DNA of 64,000 bases from Deltaproteobacteria bacterium (GTDB lineage: Bacteria > Myxococcota_A > Polyangia > Polyangiales > Houyiibacteriaceae), in assembly GCA_034670305.1 (NCBI GenBank), contig JAXMNT010000026.1, positions 32,001-96,000 on the forward strand, in the 5' to 3' direction. A program made the position numbers and the translations under genes. The notes under the pieces were generated by a model that was not told where the DNA came from, did no database searches, and was given only the letters and a program-made list of their open reading frames with translations. Positions 56,215 to 64,000 of this stretch are shown piece by piece (the first letter of the stretch is position 1; the number at the start of each line of letters is the position of its first letter).

Positions 56215-58214
56215 TCTTCTTCCCTCGAATCCGAAACCACATCGCCGCTCACTGCGGCTGTCTCTGCGGCTGTCTCCGCCGCTGTCTCTGCGGCTGTCTC
56301 TGCGGCTGTCTCTGCGGCTGTCTCTGCGGCTGTCTCTGCGGCTGTCTCTGCGGCTGTCTCTGCCGCTGTGTCCGACCTCCCCGCCTTGCGGAGGGTCCGC
56401 GCGCGACGCCGTCGACGACTTCGCCAGAGGCCGATGAGCAACAAGGGCAGCGGACCACCAAAGCTCGTGGCCCAAAAGAAGAGCCGCTCGCCTTCAGGAC
56501 TGTGCTCCACCGGCCGGTCCTCTTCGCTCGTCGTCACGCCCACGATCACCCGGTCGTTGCCGTGGCCCTCGAGCAGCCATTGGAGCGACGCGCCCACCAA
56601 CTCGAAGTTGGCGCGCGTCGTGAGCGAACCGTCGCTCGCGATCGAGCCGTCGCCGACCACCACGATCCGTCCATCGCGTCGCCCGCTCGTCCGCTCGGTG
56701 CCAACCGCGAGCACGGTGGCCGCTGCCGCCGCTTCGTCGGGGCCGCGCTCGAGGTCTCCGTTCAAATCGTGCCAGGTGTCCGCCTCGGTGCGGAGTGGGA
56801 AGACCAACCGCCGCGTCGCACCCACGGCTGCTTCGAGCGGACGCAGTTCGTTCGCGCGATCGAACAGGACGGCGCTCCGTTGTCGACGGAGTGGCGCAAC
56901 CACCGGATGGTCGCTCGCCGCCTTCGCCAGAATGCGCACGCGGTCGGCCGCGTCGTGGCTCCGCGACACGTGGTTGCGTTCGCTCGCGAGCACGCCCGGC
57001 ACGAGGCCCACGCCGAGCGCCGCGGGCAGACAACCAACCGGCGACATCTCTTCGTCGAACGCCGCAAAGACCCGCCCTCCGGACGCGACGTAGCGCTCGA
57101 CGGCGCTGCACTCTTCTTCGGAGAACGCATGCCGCGGACCGAGGATGACCACCAGCGGCACCGCCGGGGCGATCTCCGAACCGAGGCCGCGGCCGAGGCC
57201 GAGGCTGCGCACCGCCACGTGGCTCCGGCGAAGGGTCCGCACGAAGGTGTCGATGCGCTCTTCGGACGCGGCCTCCGCGCCGCCTTGCCCGCGCTCGCCG
57301 TGACCCGTGGTGAGGTGGACCTCGCGGGTGCGCTGGGTGAGGCGGCTCAGTGCTTCGAGCACACGTCCGTCCAGCGTCCGAAGCCGCGAGCGCGCGATCG
57401 CCAGGTCGAGTCCGACCTCGACCTGTTCCGCGCGGTCCTCGTCGAGCGAGAGTAGGACGTAGCCGTCCGACGGCACCCGGTGTTGCCGCGTCAGTTCCGG
57501 CGAGAGCGCGTGTTCGAGCCGCTCGACGTGCACGCGCGGGTTCAGATCGGCGAGCCGATCGAAGTAGGGCCGCACCCGCTCGTACACGTCTTGTCGGCTC
57601 GGATAGAAGAGCCGGATGTCCAGGTCATCGGGCAGATCCGCGACGAGACGCGCCGTGGTCTCGCTCGGCTCGGTGACCTTGAGCAGCGACACATCGATTT
57701 TCACATCCCGGAGACCAGCGGCCGCGACAAGGGCGCATGCGGCGACGAGGTTCAACCCGGCGGCCCCGCCGCGCAGCCCGGCGTACCGCACCCGTTCGAG
57801 CGGCGCTTCCGGACTGTGCGCGATCGAGTACCAAGCCCGCGCCGCGGCCACGAGGCCGAGCGACCCCACGACCAGCACCGCGGCGGCCACGAACCCGAGC
57901 GTTCGATCGAGCCAGTGCCCAGGCGCCACCCCGAGGAGATCCAACCCCGCATCGGTCGACGCCGCATGAGCCAAGAGCCCGGCGACGACGACGAGCTGGA
58001 GCGCAGGCATCGTGGCCGTGGTCGGTCGATCGGGCCGCCGGGCCTTCCACCAGGCGAGCCATGCGGCGCCTGCAGACACCCCCACCGTCCACCCGGCGAA
58101 CCTCGCCAAGGTCGGCGCCTGCAGTCCGTAGGTCGCGAGCGCCGCCACGGCGACGGCCGCGACGGAGATCCCAGCCGCCATCCGCTGCTGCGCTTCGTGA
58201 GAGCGCGGGATCAC
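56211..58214 (-). CDS. GldG-like ABC transport auxiliary protein
   Basis: N-terminal TMs, TTGHGE, ILGP...S.EE...Y...GGR, RIVVVGD, C-terminal TM + RRRR. Confidence 0.75.
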   Translation of the reverse strand: MIPRSHEAQQRMAAGISVAAVAVAALATYGLQAPTLARFAGWTVGVSAGAAWLAWWKARRPDRPTTATMPALQLVVVAGLLAHAASTDAGLDLLGVAPGHWLDRTLGFVAAAVLVVGSLGLVAAARAWYSIAHSPEAPLERVRYAGLRGGAAGLNLVAACALVAAAGLRDVKIDVSLLKVTEPSETTARLVADLPDDLDIRLFYPSRQDVYERVRPYFDRLADLNPRVHVERLEHALSPELTRQHRVPSDGYVLLSLDEDRAEQVEVGLDLAIARSRLRTLDGRVLEALSRLTQRTREVHLTTGHGERGQGGAEAASEERIDTFVRTLRRSHVAVRSLGLGRGLGSEIAPAVPLVVILGPRHAFSEEECSAVERYVASGGRVFAAFDEEMSPVGCLPAALGVGLVPGVLASERNHVSRSHDAADRVRILAKAASDHPVVAPLRRQRSAVLFDRANELRPLEAAVGATRRLVFPLRTEADTWHDLNGDLERGPDEAAAAATVLAVGTERTSGRRDGRIVVVGDGSIASDGSLTTRANFELVGASLQWLLEGHGNDRVIVGVTTSEEDRPVEHSPEGERLFFWATSFGGPLPLLLIGLWRSRRRRRARTLRKAGRSDTAAETAAETAAETAAETAAETAAETAAETAAETAAETAAVSGDVVSDSREEE
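56252..56368 (-). repeat. Coding 12-bp tandem repeat (GCGGCTGTCTCT) x about 9, encoding (AETA)n
   Basis: Read directly, in the C-terminal tail of the GldG-like gene. Confidence 0.9.
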
Positions 58215-58930
58215 GATCGTCTCCGGCTGGCAAACGCGCGCACGGCGAACGACAAGACGAGGGTGGTGCACACCAGGTAATAGGCGACGTCGGCGAGCGA
58301 GAAGATGCCCCGCCGGAGGTTCTGTCCCCGGCCCCACACGGGCGCGAGATCGCGCAACAGTCCCCGCCACGGCGGCGAGGTCGTCGTGGCGACGTAGTAC
58401 CCGAGTTCGAGCATCGCGAGCACGCCCGCGGTCGCGAGCGCGGCGGTGAGGGGGCGACGGGTGAGCGCCGCCATCCAGCTGCCGATCGCGAGACCGAGCG
58501 CGCCGACGAGCAGGATGCTCGCGTACCCGGTGGCGATGTGCGCCAGCGACACGTGGCCGTTCACGAAGATGAGCGCGGGGAGGTACAGGGTCGCGAGGGT
58601 GATGCCACCGAGCCAGAGCATCGCCGCGGTGAACCGCCCCAGCACCAGTTCCACATCGCCCAGCGGGAGCGAACGCCAGAGCGGTGCTTCGCGCTCGTCG
58701 AGTTGCAACCGCATCGTAAGCAGCACCGCGAGCGCCTCAGTCAGAAAAGAGGCATTGAGCAGGAATATCTCGAGCACCCAGGAGGACGGACGACGTTCGC
58801 TCCCCATGGCGACACCGTTGAGCTGCAGCGCGTCGAGCGAGAGCACGAGGGCCGCCACCAGCCAGCCCATCGGGGTGCGGGCGTAGGCGCCGACCTCGCG
58901 CCGAACGATGGCGCCGAAGCGGGCGTTCAC
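58211..58930 (-). CDS. ABC-2 permease (GldF-like)
   Basis: RE...Y..TP..W, LTMRL..E, G.F.L.D..YY; multiple TM helices. Confidence 0.8.
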   Translation of the reverse strand: MNARFGAIVRREVGAYARTPMGWLVAALVLSLDALQLNGVAMGSERRPSSWVLEIFLLNASFLTEALAVLLTMRLQLDEREAPLWRSLPLGDVELVLGRFTAAMLWLGGITLATLYLPALIFVNGHVSLAHIATGYASILLVGALGLAIGSWMAALTRRPLTAALATAGVLAMLELGYYVATTTSPPWRGLLRDLAPVWGRGQNLRRGIFSLADVAYYLVCTTLVLSFAVRAFASRRRS

Positions 58931-59874
58931 GAAGCGCCCTCCGCATCCGGGTCCAGGAGAAAACTCTGGAACACGGCTTCGAGTGCGTCGTGTTCGGCGC
59001 GAAGACCAAGCAGGTCGACGTTCAGGCCGACCAGTGCGCGCACCAGTTCCGCGCGCCGGTCTTCGTCGGTCTCGAGCTCGAGCCGGTGACCACCCGAAAC
59101 CGCATGGGCTTCGAACGACACGCAGTGGGGTCGAAACGCAGCTTCGACGCGGTCGATGTCGGCCGGGCCGATATGCATCCTCAACCGGCGGCTCTGGAGC
59201 GAGGCAAACTCGTCGTAGGTACCGCGCGCGGCGAGTCGGCCCTCGTGCAACACGAGGAGCCGGTCGCAGGTCTTGGCGATCTCCCCGAGGATGTGCGTGC
59301 TCAGAACGACGGTGGGGTTGCCATGCAGGTGTCGGATCCGCTCGCGCAGTTCCACGATCTGCATCGGGTCGAGTCCCTGCATCGGTTCGTCGAGCACCAC
59401 CACGTCCGGTTGGTGCACGAGCGCCTGGGCGAGGCCGACCCGCTGACGGTAGCCGTGGCTGAGCGCCGCGACGGGCTCGGTCGCCACCTCACCGAGCGCG
59501 CACGACTCGAGCACTTCCGCGACGTGGCGCCTGCGCTGGTCCCGCGGGACACACCTCAGCTCCGCGATGGTCGTGAGGTAGTGGGTGACCGAGAGCTCGT
59601 CGAAGAGCGGCGGACTGTCGGGGAGGTAGCCGACCTGGCGGCGCGCGACATTCGTGGCCGCAAGAGCGCCGCGGATGCGGAGCTCGCCACTCGTCGGCTG
59701 CAGCGCGCCGACCAGCATGCGGAGCATGGTCGACTTGCCCGCCCCATTGAGTCCGAGCAGCCCGACGATCTCTCCCGGCTGGATCTCGAACGAGACCTCG
59801 GCCACGGCCGCATGAGCACCGAACCACTTGGAGACGGACGTCGCTTGGATCGCTGGCGTGCGGGACTCGGCCAC
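58927..59874 (-). CDS. ABC transporter ATP-binding protein (GldA-like)
   Basis: GLNGAGKS, LSHGYRQR, LDEP, STH. Confidence 0.9.
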   Translation of the reverse strand: MAESRTPAIQATSVSKWFGAHAAVAEVSFEIQPGEIVGLLGLNGAGKSTMLRMLVGALQPTSGELRIRGALAATNVARRQVGYLPDSPPLFDELSVTHYLTTIAELRCVPRDQRRRHVAEVLESCALGEVATEPVAALSHGYRQRVGLAQALVHQPDVVVLDEPMQGLDPMQIVELRERIRHLHGNPTVVLSTHILGEIAKTCDRLLVLHEGRLAARGTYDEFASLQSRRLRMHIGPADIDRVEAAFRPHCVSFEAHAVSGGHRLELETDEDRRAELVRALVGLNVDLLGLRAEHDALEAVFQSFLLDPDAEGAS

Positions 59875-59877
59875 GCG

Positions 59878-60498
59878 CTACTCGAGCGGATCGTCGCCGA
59901 GCGAATAGGCGCGCAGCACGGCGCGCACTTCCGCGCGCATGCCGCTGAGCTCGCTCGTCATTCCAGCTTCCAGAATGACGACCCCGACACCAGGGCAGTA
60001 GGTCGTGGCGATCTGGCGCCCGTCGGCGCCCCCGCTCTCTTCGATGCGGACGCAGCGGTCAAAGGTGCCGGCGGGCGTCGGGATGCGCTGGTCCACTGCG
60101 GCGATTCGCGCCGTGCGGCCTGAGCCCGCGTCCCAGGTGCGGCCCTCGCGGAGGGGGCCGTGGATCAGATAGGCCTGAGAGGCCGGCCGGTAGATCCCAT
60201 CCTCGCGGACCTCGTACGTGACCGACTCGCCCCCATCGTTGCGGACTTCGTAGGTGTTCCCACGCCGCGACAAGACCCGCGAGATGGCGAGCGCCGGCTC
60301 GTGATCGTCCCCGATGTCGACGTCGAACGACCACACCGCACCCTCGTGCAATGGATAGAGATCGGACGGGGTGACGGGCCCGGCCCCTTCCGACGCAGCA
60401 GCGCCCCCGCACGCGGCAAACAGCAGGGCCAAGAGCAACGGACGTCCCCCCGCGAAGACGGGCCCCAAAGACGACCTGGGTAGAATTTCTGAGTTCAT
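59878..60498 (-). CDS. Lipoprotein, hypothetical
   Basis: Lipobox FAAC; YPL..G..W, TPAGTF..C, YCPGVG. Confidence 0.7.
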   Translation of the reverse strand: MNSEILPRSSLGPVFAGGRPLLLALLFAACGGAAASEGAGPVTPSDLYPLHEGAVWSFDVDIGDDHEPALAISRVLSRRGNTYEVRNDGGESVTYEVREDGIYRPASQAYLIHGPLREGRTWDAGSGRTARIAAVDQRIPTPAGTFDRCVRIEESGGADGRQIATTYCPGVGVVILEAGMTSELSGMRAEVRAVLRAYSLGDDPLE

Positions 60499-60800
60499 GA
60501 GAGCACGTAGGTCCAGACGACGTAGGCGAAGAGAAGCAGGCAAAACACCAGCACCCCCACCTGAACGGGGTCGATGGAGGTGCGTCGGCGCAGCGCCAGC
60601 GCTGCCCGAGCCACCTCGGGGTCTTGATGGGTGAGGAGCGATCGGGTCAAGACCCGCACCTGAGCGAAGTCTCCCACCTCGAACGCCCGCTGCGCAGCCT
60701 GGAGCGGAGAACTTGGGGATGCACCCTCAGTGGCGCCGGGCGGGCCGGACAGCTCACCAGCCGGCTCGGCGGCCCCTTGAGATTCGGGTTGGTCCGACAC
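60495..60800 (-). CDS. Small membrane protein
   Basis: AF..GDF..VR, C-terminal TM helix, ATGA overlap. Confidence 0.55.
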   Translation of the reverse strand: MSDQPESQGAAEPAGELSGPPGATEGASPSSPLQAAQRAFEVGDFAQVRVLTRSLLTHQDPEVARAALALRRRTSIDPVQVGVLVFCLLLFAYVVWTYVLS

Positions 60801-60903
60801 CGCGCGAGCATAGCCCTGGGCGTCGTCGCTGCCAGCCCAGACCCCCGCGGGCGGGGGCCACAATCGGTCTTGATCCGGGCCCGATGGCTGGTAAGAGCAG
60901 AAT

Positions 60904-61350
60904 GTGACGGAGAAACATGGGGCGGAGCCAACCGTGCTGGTCGTGGAAGACGACGAGGACCTGCGCCTGATGATCGCCCGCGTCCTCCGCCACGAGGGCT
61001 ACCAGGTCCGTGAGGCCGCCGACGGCCTCGAGGCGCTCGAACGCTGCGAGCCCATGCCCGACGTGATCCTGGCCGATCTGATGATGCCGCGGCTGGACGG
61101 AGAAGAGTTCCTGCGTGAGCTTCGGTCCCGCCATCCAGAGCTGAGCGTGCCCATCGTCTTGATCACCGCCAGCTCGGTGCGCGAAGAGGTGGCCGCCCGG
61201 CTGGCGGTGACCGCCAGCGTCGCCAAGCCGTTCGAAATCTACGAGCTGATGGATCTCGTCCGGGAGATGGCGCCGATCGGCCGGCCCTCGTCGCTTCCAC
61301 CCACGCGTCCAAGCCGCTCTGGTTCCTCCAACCCACCTTCGAACACATGA
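60904..61350 (+). CDS. Single-domain response regulator
   Basis: VLVVEDD, D.MMP.LDG, ITA, KPF. Confidence 0.9.
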   Translation: MTEKHGAEPTVLVVEDDEDLRLMIARVLRHEGYQVREAADGLEALERCEPMPDVILADLMMPRLDGEEFLRELRSRHPELSVPIVLITASSVREEVAARLAVTASVAKPFEIYELMDLVREMAPIGRPSSLPPTRPSRSGSSNPPSNT

Positions 61351-62165
61351 CGATTTTCCGGGCAGGCCTCTTCGACGACACCACCGCGATTGTCACCGGT
61401 GGAGGCACGGGCATCGGATTCGCGGTCGCGTCCGAGCTGGTGCAGCTGGGCGCGAACGTGTCGATCTGCGGACGTCGACCCGAACCGCTCGCCGAGAGCG
61501 CTGCGAAGCTCAAGGCGCTCCGGGCCGGCGCAGAAGTGCACCACGCAACCTGCGACATCCGAGAAGCGGACGCGATCGACGCCTACGTAGACGCGGCCGC
61601 CAAGGCCCTTGGCCGCATCGATGTCCTGGTGAACAACGCCGGGGGCCAGTTCCCGTCTCCGGCTGCGCAGCTGTCGCCGCGGGGGTTCGAAGCCGTCGTC
61701 CGGAACAACCTGCTCGGCACCTGGAACTTCACCCACTCGGTCGCCACCAAAGCGTTCATCCCGCAAAAGCGCGGCCGCATCGTGAACGTCATCGCGCAGG
61801 TCGCGCGCGGGTTCCCTGGCATGGTCCACACCGGCGCCGCGCGCGCGGGCGTCGACAACATGACGAAGACGCTCGCGATCGAATGGAGCCAGTTCGGCGT
61901 CCGGGTCAACGCGGTCGCACCCGGCGTGATCGAGACGAGCGGGACCAAGCAGTACCCACCCTCCTTGCTGGAAGACGCCAAGAAGGCCAACCCGCTCAAA
62001 CGACTTGGCGGGGCCGAAGAAGTCGCGCACTTGATCGTGTACCTCTGCTCCGCCCAGGCCGACTTCGTCACGGGCCAGACCTACTACATCGACGGTGGTG
62101 CGAGCTTGTGGGGCGACTCCTGGCCCATCCCGGCCGAAGTGCCGCAGTTCCCACCGTACGAGTAA
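61347..62165 (+). CDS. SDR oxidoreductase (trans-2-enoyl/2,4-dienoyl-CoA reductase-like)
   Basis: TGGGTGIG, NNAGGQF, H..AA.AGV..TKTLA.EW, VNAVAPG, IDGG. Confidence 0.9.
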   Translation: MTIFRAGLFDDTTAIVTGGGTGIGFAVASELVQLGANVSICGRRPEPLAESAAKLKALRAGAEVHHATCDIREADAIDAYVDAAAKALGRIDVLVNNAGGQFPSPAAQLSPRGFEAVVRNNLLGTWNFTHSVATKAFIPQKRGRIVNVIAQVARGFPGMVHTGAARAGVDNMTKTLAIEWSQFGVRVNAVAPGVIETSGTKQYPPSLLEDAKKANPLKRLGGAEEVAHLIVYLCSAQADFVTGQTYYIDGGASLWGDSWPIPAEVPQFPPYE

Positions 62166-62178
62166 GGGGCCGCTGGCG

Positions 62179-62468
62179 GACAGACTCGGCGGCAGCGACA
62201 GACTCGGCGGCAGCGACAGACTCAGCGGCAGCGACAGACTCAGCGGCAGCGACAGGCCGACAGACTCGGCGGCAGCGACAGACTCAGCGGCAGCGACAGG
62301 CTCAGCGGCAGCGACAGACTCGGCGGCAGCGACAGGCTCAGCGGCAGCGACAGACTCAGCGGCAGCGACAGACTCAGCGGCAGCGACAGGCTCAGCGGCA
62401 GCGGCAGCGACCGGCTCAGCGGCAGCGACAGGCTCAGCGGCAGCGACAGGGGCAGCAACACTCAGCGG
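62179..62468 (+). repeat. Intergenic 18-bp tandem repeat GACAG(A/G)CTC(A/G)GCGGCAGC, about 15 units (array E)
   Basis: Fills nearly all of the space between the convergent SDR and MCP stop codons. Confidence 0.95.
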
Positions 62469-62480
62469 CTGGCGATGAGC

Positions 62481-63998
62481 CTACTCCACCAGGCGGCGCA
62501 GCCGCTCTGCCACGGCGCCCATGTTGCGGATGCGCTGTTCGCTCTGCTTGGTCAGACGCTGAATCCGGGACGCGGCGACCAAGGTCTGCTCGGAGCCCTT
62601 CGCTTGCGCGCGGTGCGACTGGTGCAGGTGGTTGACCATGTTGGAGATGTTCTCGATCGCCTGGCTGATCTGACGTCCGCCGCGCGCTTGCTCCTGGCTG
62701 GACCGCTCCACGTGCTGGGTGATGAGCCGCATCTTCTCCGCGCTCTTCATGATGAGCTCGCTGCCCCGCGCCTGCTCGGCGGTCGCGGCTGCGATCTGCT
62801 GCACCGTCTCCGCGATGCGGCCGATGGCATCGGTCACCTGCTTGCTGCCCTTGGCCTGCTCCACCGTGGCGCGCGCGATCGCGCGCACCATGCTGGTCGA
62901 CTTCTGGGAGGACGAGAGGATCTTCTTGAGCGCGCGCTCGGCTTCCGCACTGACCTTCACGCCGCTGTCGACGGTGGAGGCCCCGCGTTCCACCGCGACG
63001 ATCGCGTTCTTCGACTCCGCCTGAATCGTCTTGATGAGCTCGGCGATCTCCTTGGTCGACGCGCCCGCCCGTTCCGCGAGATCCTTGATCTCGTCCGCGA
63101 CGACCGCGAAGCCCTTGCCGTGTTCACCGGCCTGGGCCGCGATGATGGCGGCGTTGAGCGCGAGCAGGTTGGTCTGCTCGGCCACGTCGTCGATGACGTT
63201 GAGAATGTCGCCGATCGCTTCGATGCGGCTGCCGAGGTTCGAGATGACCGCGACCGCTTCGCTCGACGTCTCCTTGATTCGGTTGATCTCGTTGATGATC
63301 TTCAGGATCGACTCCGCGCCCTTTTCGGCGTCGACGGCGACCTCTTCGGAGAGCCGGGCGGTCTCGTTCGCGTTCGACTGCACCTGATCGATCGACACGT
63401 CCATCTCGTTCATCGACGAGCTGGTTTCTTCGGCCGTCAACGAAAGCGCGTCGACGTTCCGTGCGACCTCCTTGATCGAGTACGCCATCTCTTCGATCGA
63501 GGACACGGTCTCCCGCACCGACGCGGCGAGGTTCGCCATGTTCTCGGCCACTTCGTCGTTGGTCGCGGTCATCTCCAAGATGCTCGACGAAGACTCCTCG
63601 GCGCTGGACGCGAGGGCTTCGACGTTCTGGGCCAAGCCCATGAGCGCCTCACTCATGTCCCGCATCGAACTGGACGTCTGTTCGACCGCCGCCATCTGTT
63701 CGCCGAGTCCTCCCGAGATCTCGTCGACGGTCTCCCGGATCACACCCTCGGCTTCCAAGACTTCGCGCTTGGCCGACTCGAGCTCGTGCTCCGCCTTCTT
63801 GCGGGCGGTGTTGACCTCGTCGAGCCGCGCCTCGAGGTCCGCCATCTTCTCACGCAGGCCCTGCGACTCGTCCTTCGCGGCTCGGGTCGCTTCGCCGTGT
63901 TGCTCCGAACGTTCTTCGACCGCGTCGGCGGCCTTGTCGAGCGCCTCGTAGACCGGCTCGGCTCCGTCCGGCAACTCGGCCGGGCGCTTGGGCCGCTG
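62481..63998 (-). CDS. Methyl-accepting chemotaxis protein; 5' end lies outside the window
   Basis: [38 protein letters not shown]; the frame is open to the window edge. Confidence 0.95.
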   Translation of the reverse strand, partial: QRPKRPAELPDGAEPVYEALDKAADAVEERSEQHGEATRAAKDESQGLREKMADLEARLDEVNTARKKAEHELESAKREVLEAEGVIRETVDEISGGLGEQMAAVEQTSSSMRDMSEALMGLAQNVEALASSAEESSSSILEMTATNDEVAENMANLAASVRETVSSIEEMAYSIKEVARNVDALSLTAEETSSSMNEMDVSIDQVQSNANETARLSEEVAVDAEKGAESILKIINEINRIKETSSEAVAVISNLGSRIEAIGDILNVIDDVAEQTNLLALNAAIIAAQAGEHGKGFAVVADEIKDLAERAGASTKEIAELIKTIQAESKNAIVAVERGASTVDSGVKVSAEAERALKKILSSSQKSTSMVRAIARATVEQAKGSKQVTDAIGRIAETVQQIAAATAEQARGSELIMKSAEKMRLITQHVERSSQEQARGGRQISQAIENISNMVNHLHQSHRAQAKGSEQTLVAASRIQRLTKQSEQRIRNMGAVAERLRRLVE

Positions 63999-64000
63999 AC

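Noticed and set aside
62179-62468. 18-bp repeats as a CRISPR array or a coding (ATDSAA)n / (QRQRQT)n ORF
   Set aside because: The units are contiguous with no unique spacers. The ORFs arise because the repeat lacks stop codons and they overlap real genes.
1-64000. tRNA, rRNA, IS transposase, integrase or prophage genes
   Set aside because: I recognised none by eye. A tRNAscan/Rfam/ISfinder search would be needed to exclude divergent ones.

Overview
This is a 64-kb, very GC-rich (about 70% by eye) bacterial chromosomal window. Its content points to Myxococcota, probably Polyangiales or Sandaracinaceae-like (inference): a MYXO-CTERM-like tail, Cys-rich lipoproteins with DAG-rich linkers, a Ser/Thr kinase-PEGA cassette and lipoprotein alpha-amylases. 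About 47 credible CDSs are present. Recognisable genes include xdhAB, arsM, hutF, class II DAHP synthase, tatBC, a DUF368 gene, flotillin/NfeD, XPB helicase plus DUF790 (Bax1-like), a GldAFG-like ABC set, an SDR and an MCP. I found no rRNA, tRNA, CRISPR array, transposase or integrase. The most unusual signals are as follows. (1) A stand-alone Avd/IVS-type four-helix-bundle gene lies beside a long branched hairpin studded with GNA-triloop mini-hairpins and a hexamer array. (2) A family of long intergenic degenerate hexamer arrays, (TCGGCN)n, recurs, often directly after stop codons. (3) A 343-bp hairpin-dense element is bounded by 32-bp direct repeats, and a related 32-bp inverted pair brackets a secreted [10 protein letters not shown]-repeat gene. 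(4) A kinase-PEGA/TPR cassette is followed by four paralogous lipoproteins. (5) An HTTM/vitamin-K-carboxylase-like gene pair appears split and permuted. All product calls come from motif recognition by eye; no database searches were run.
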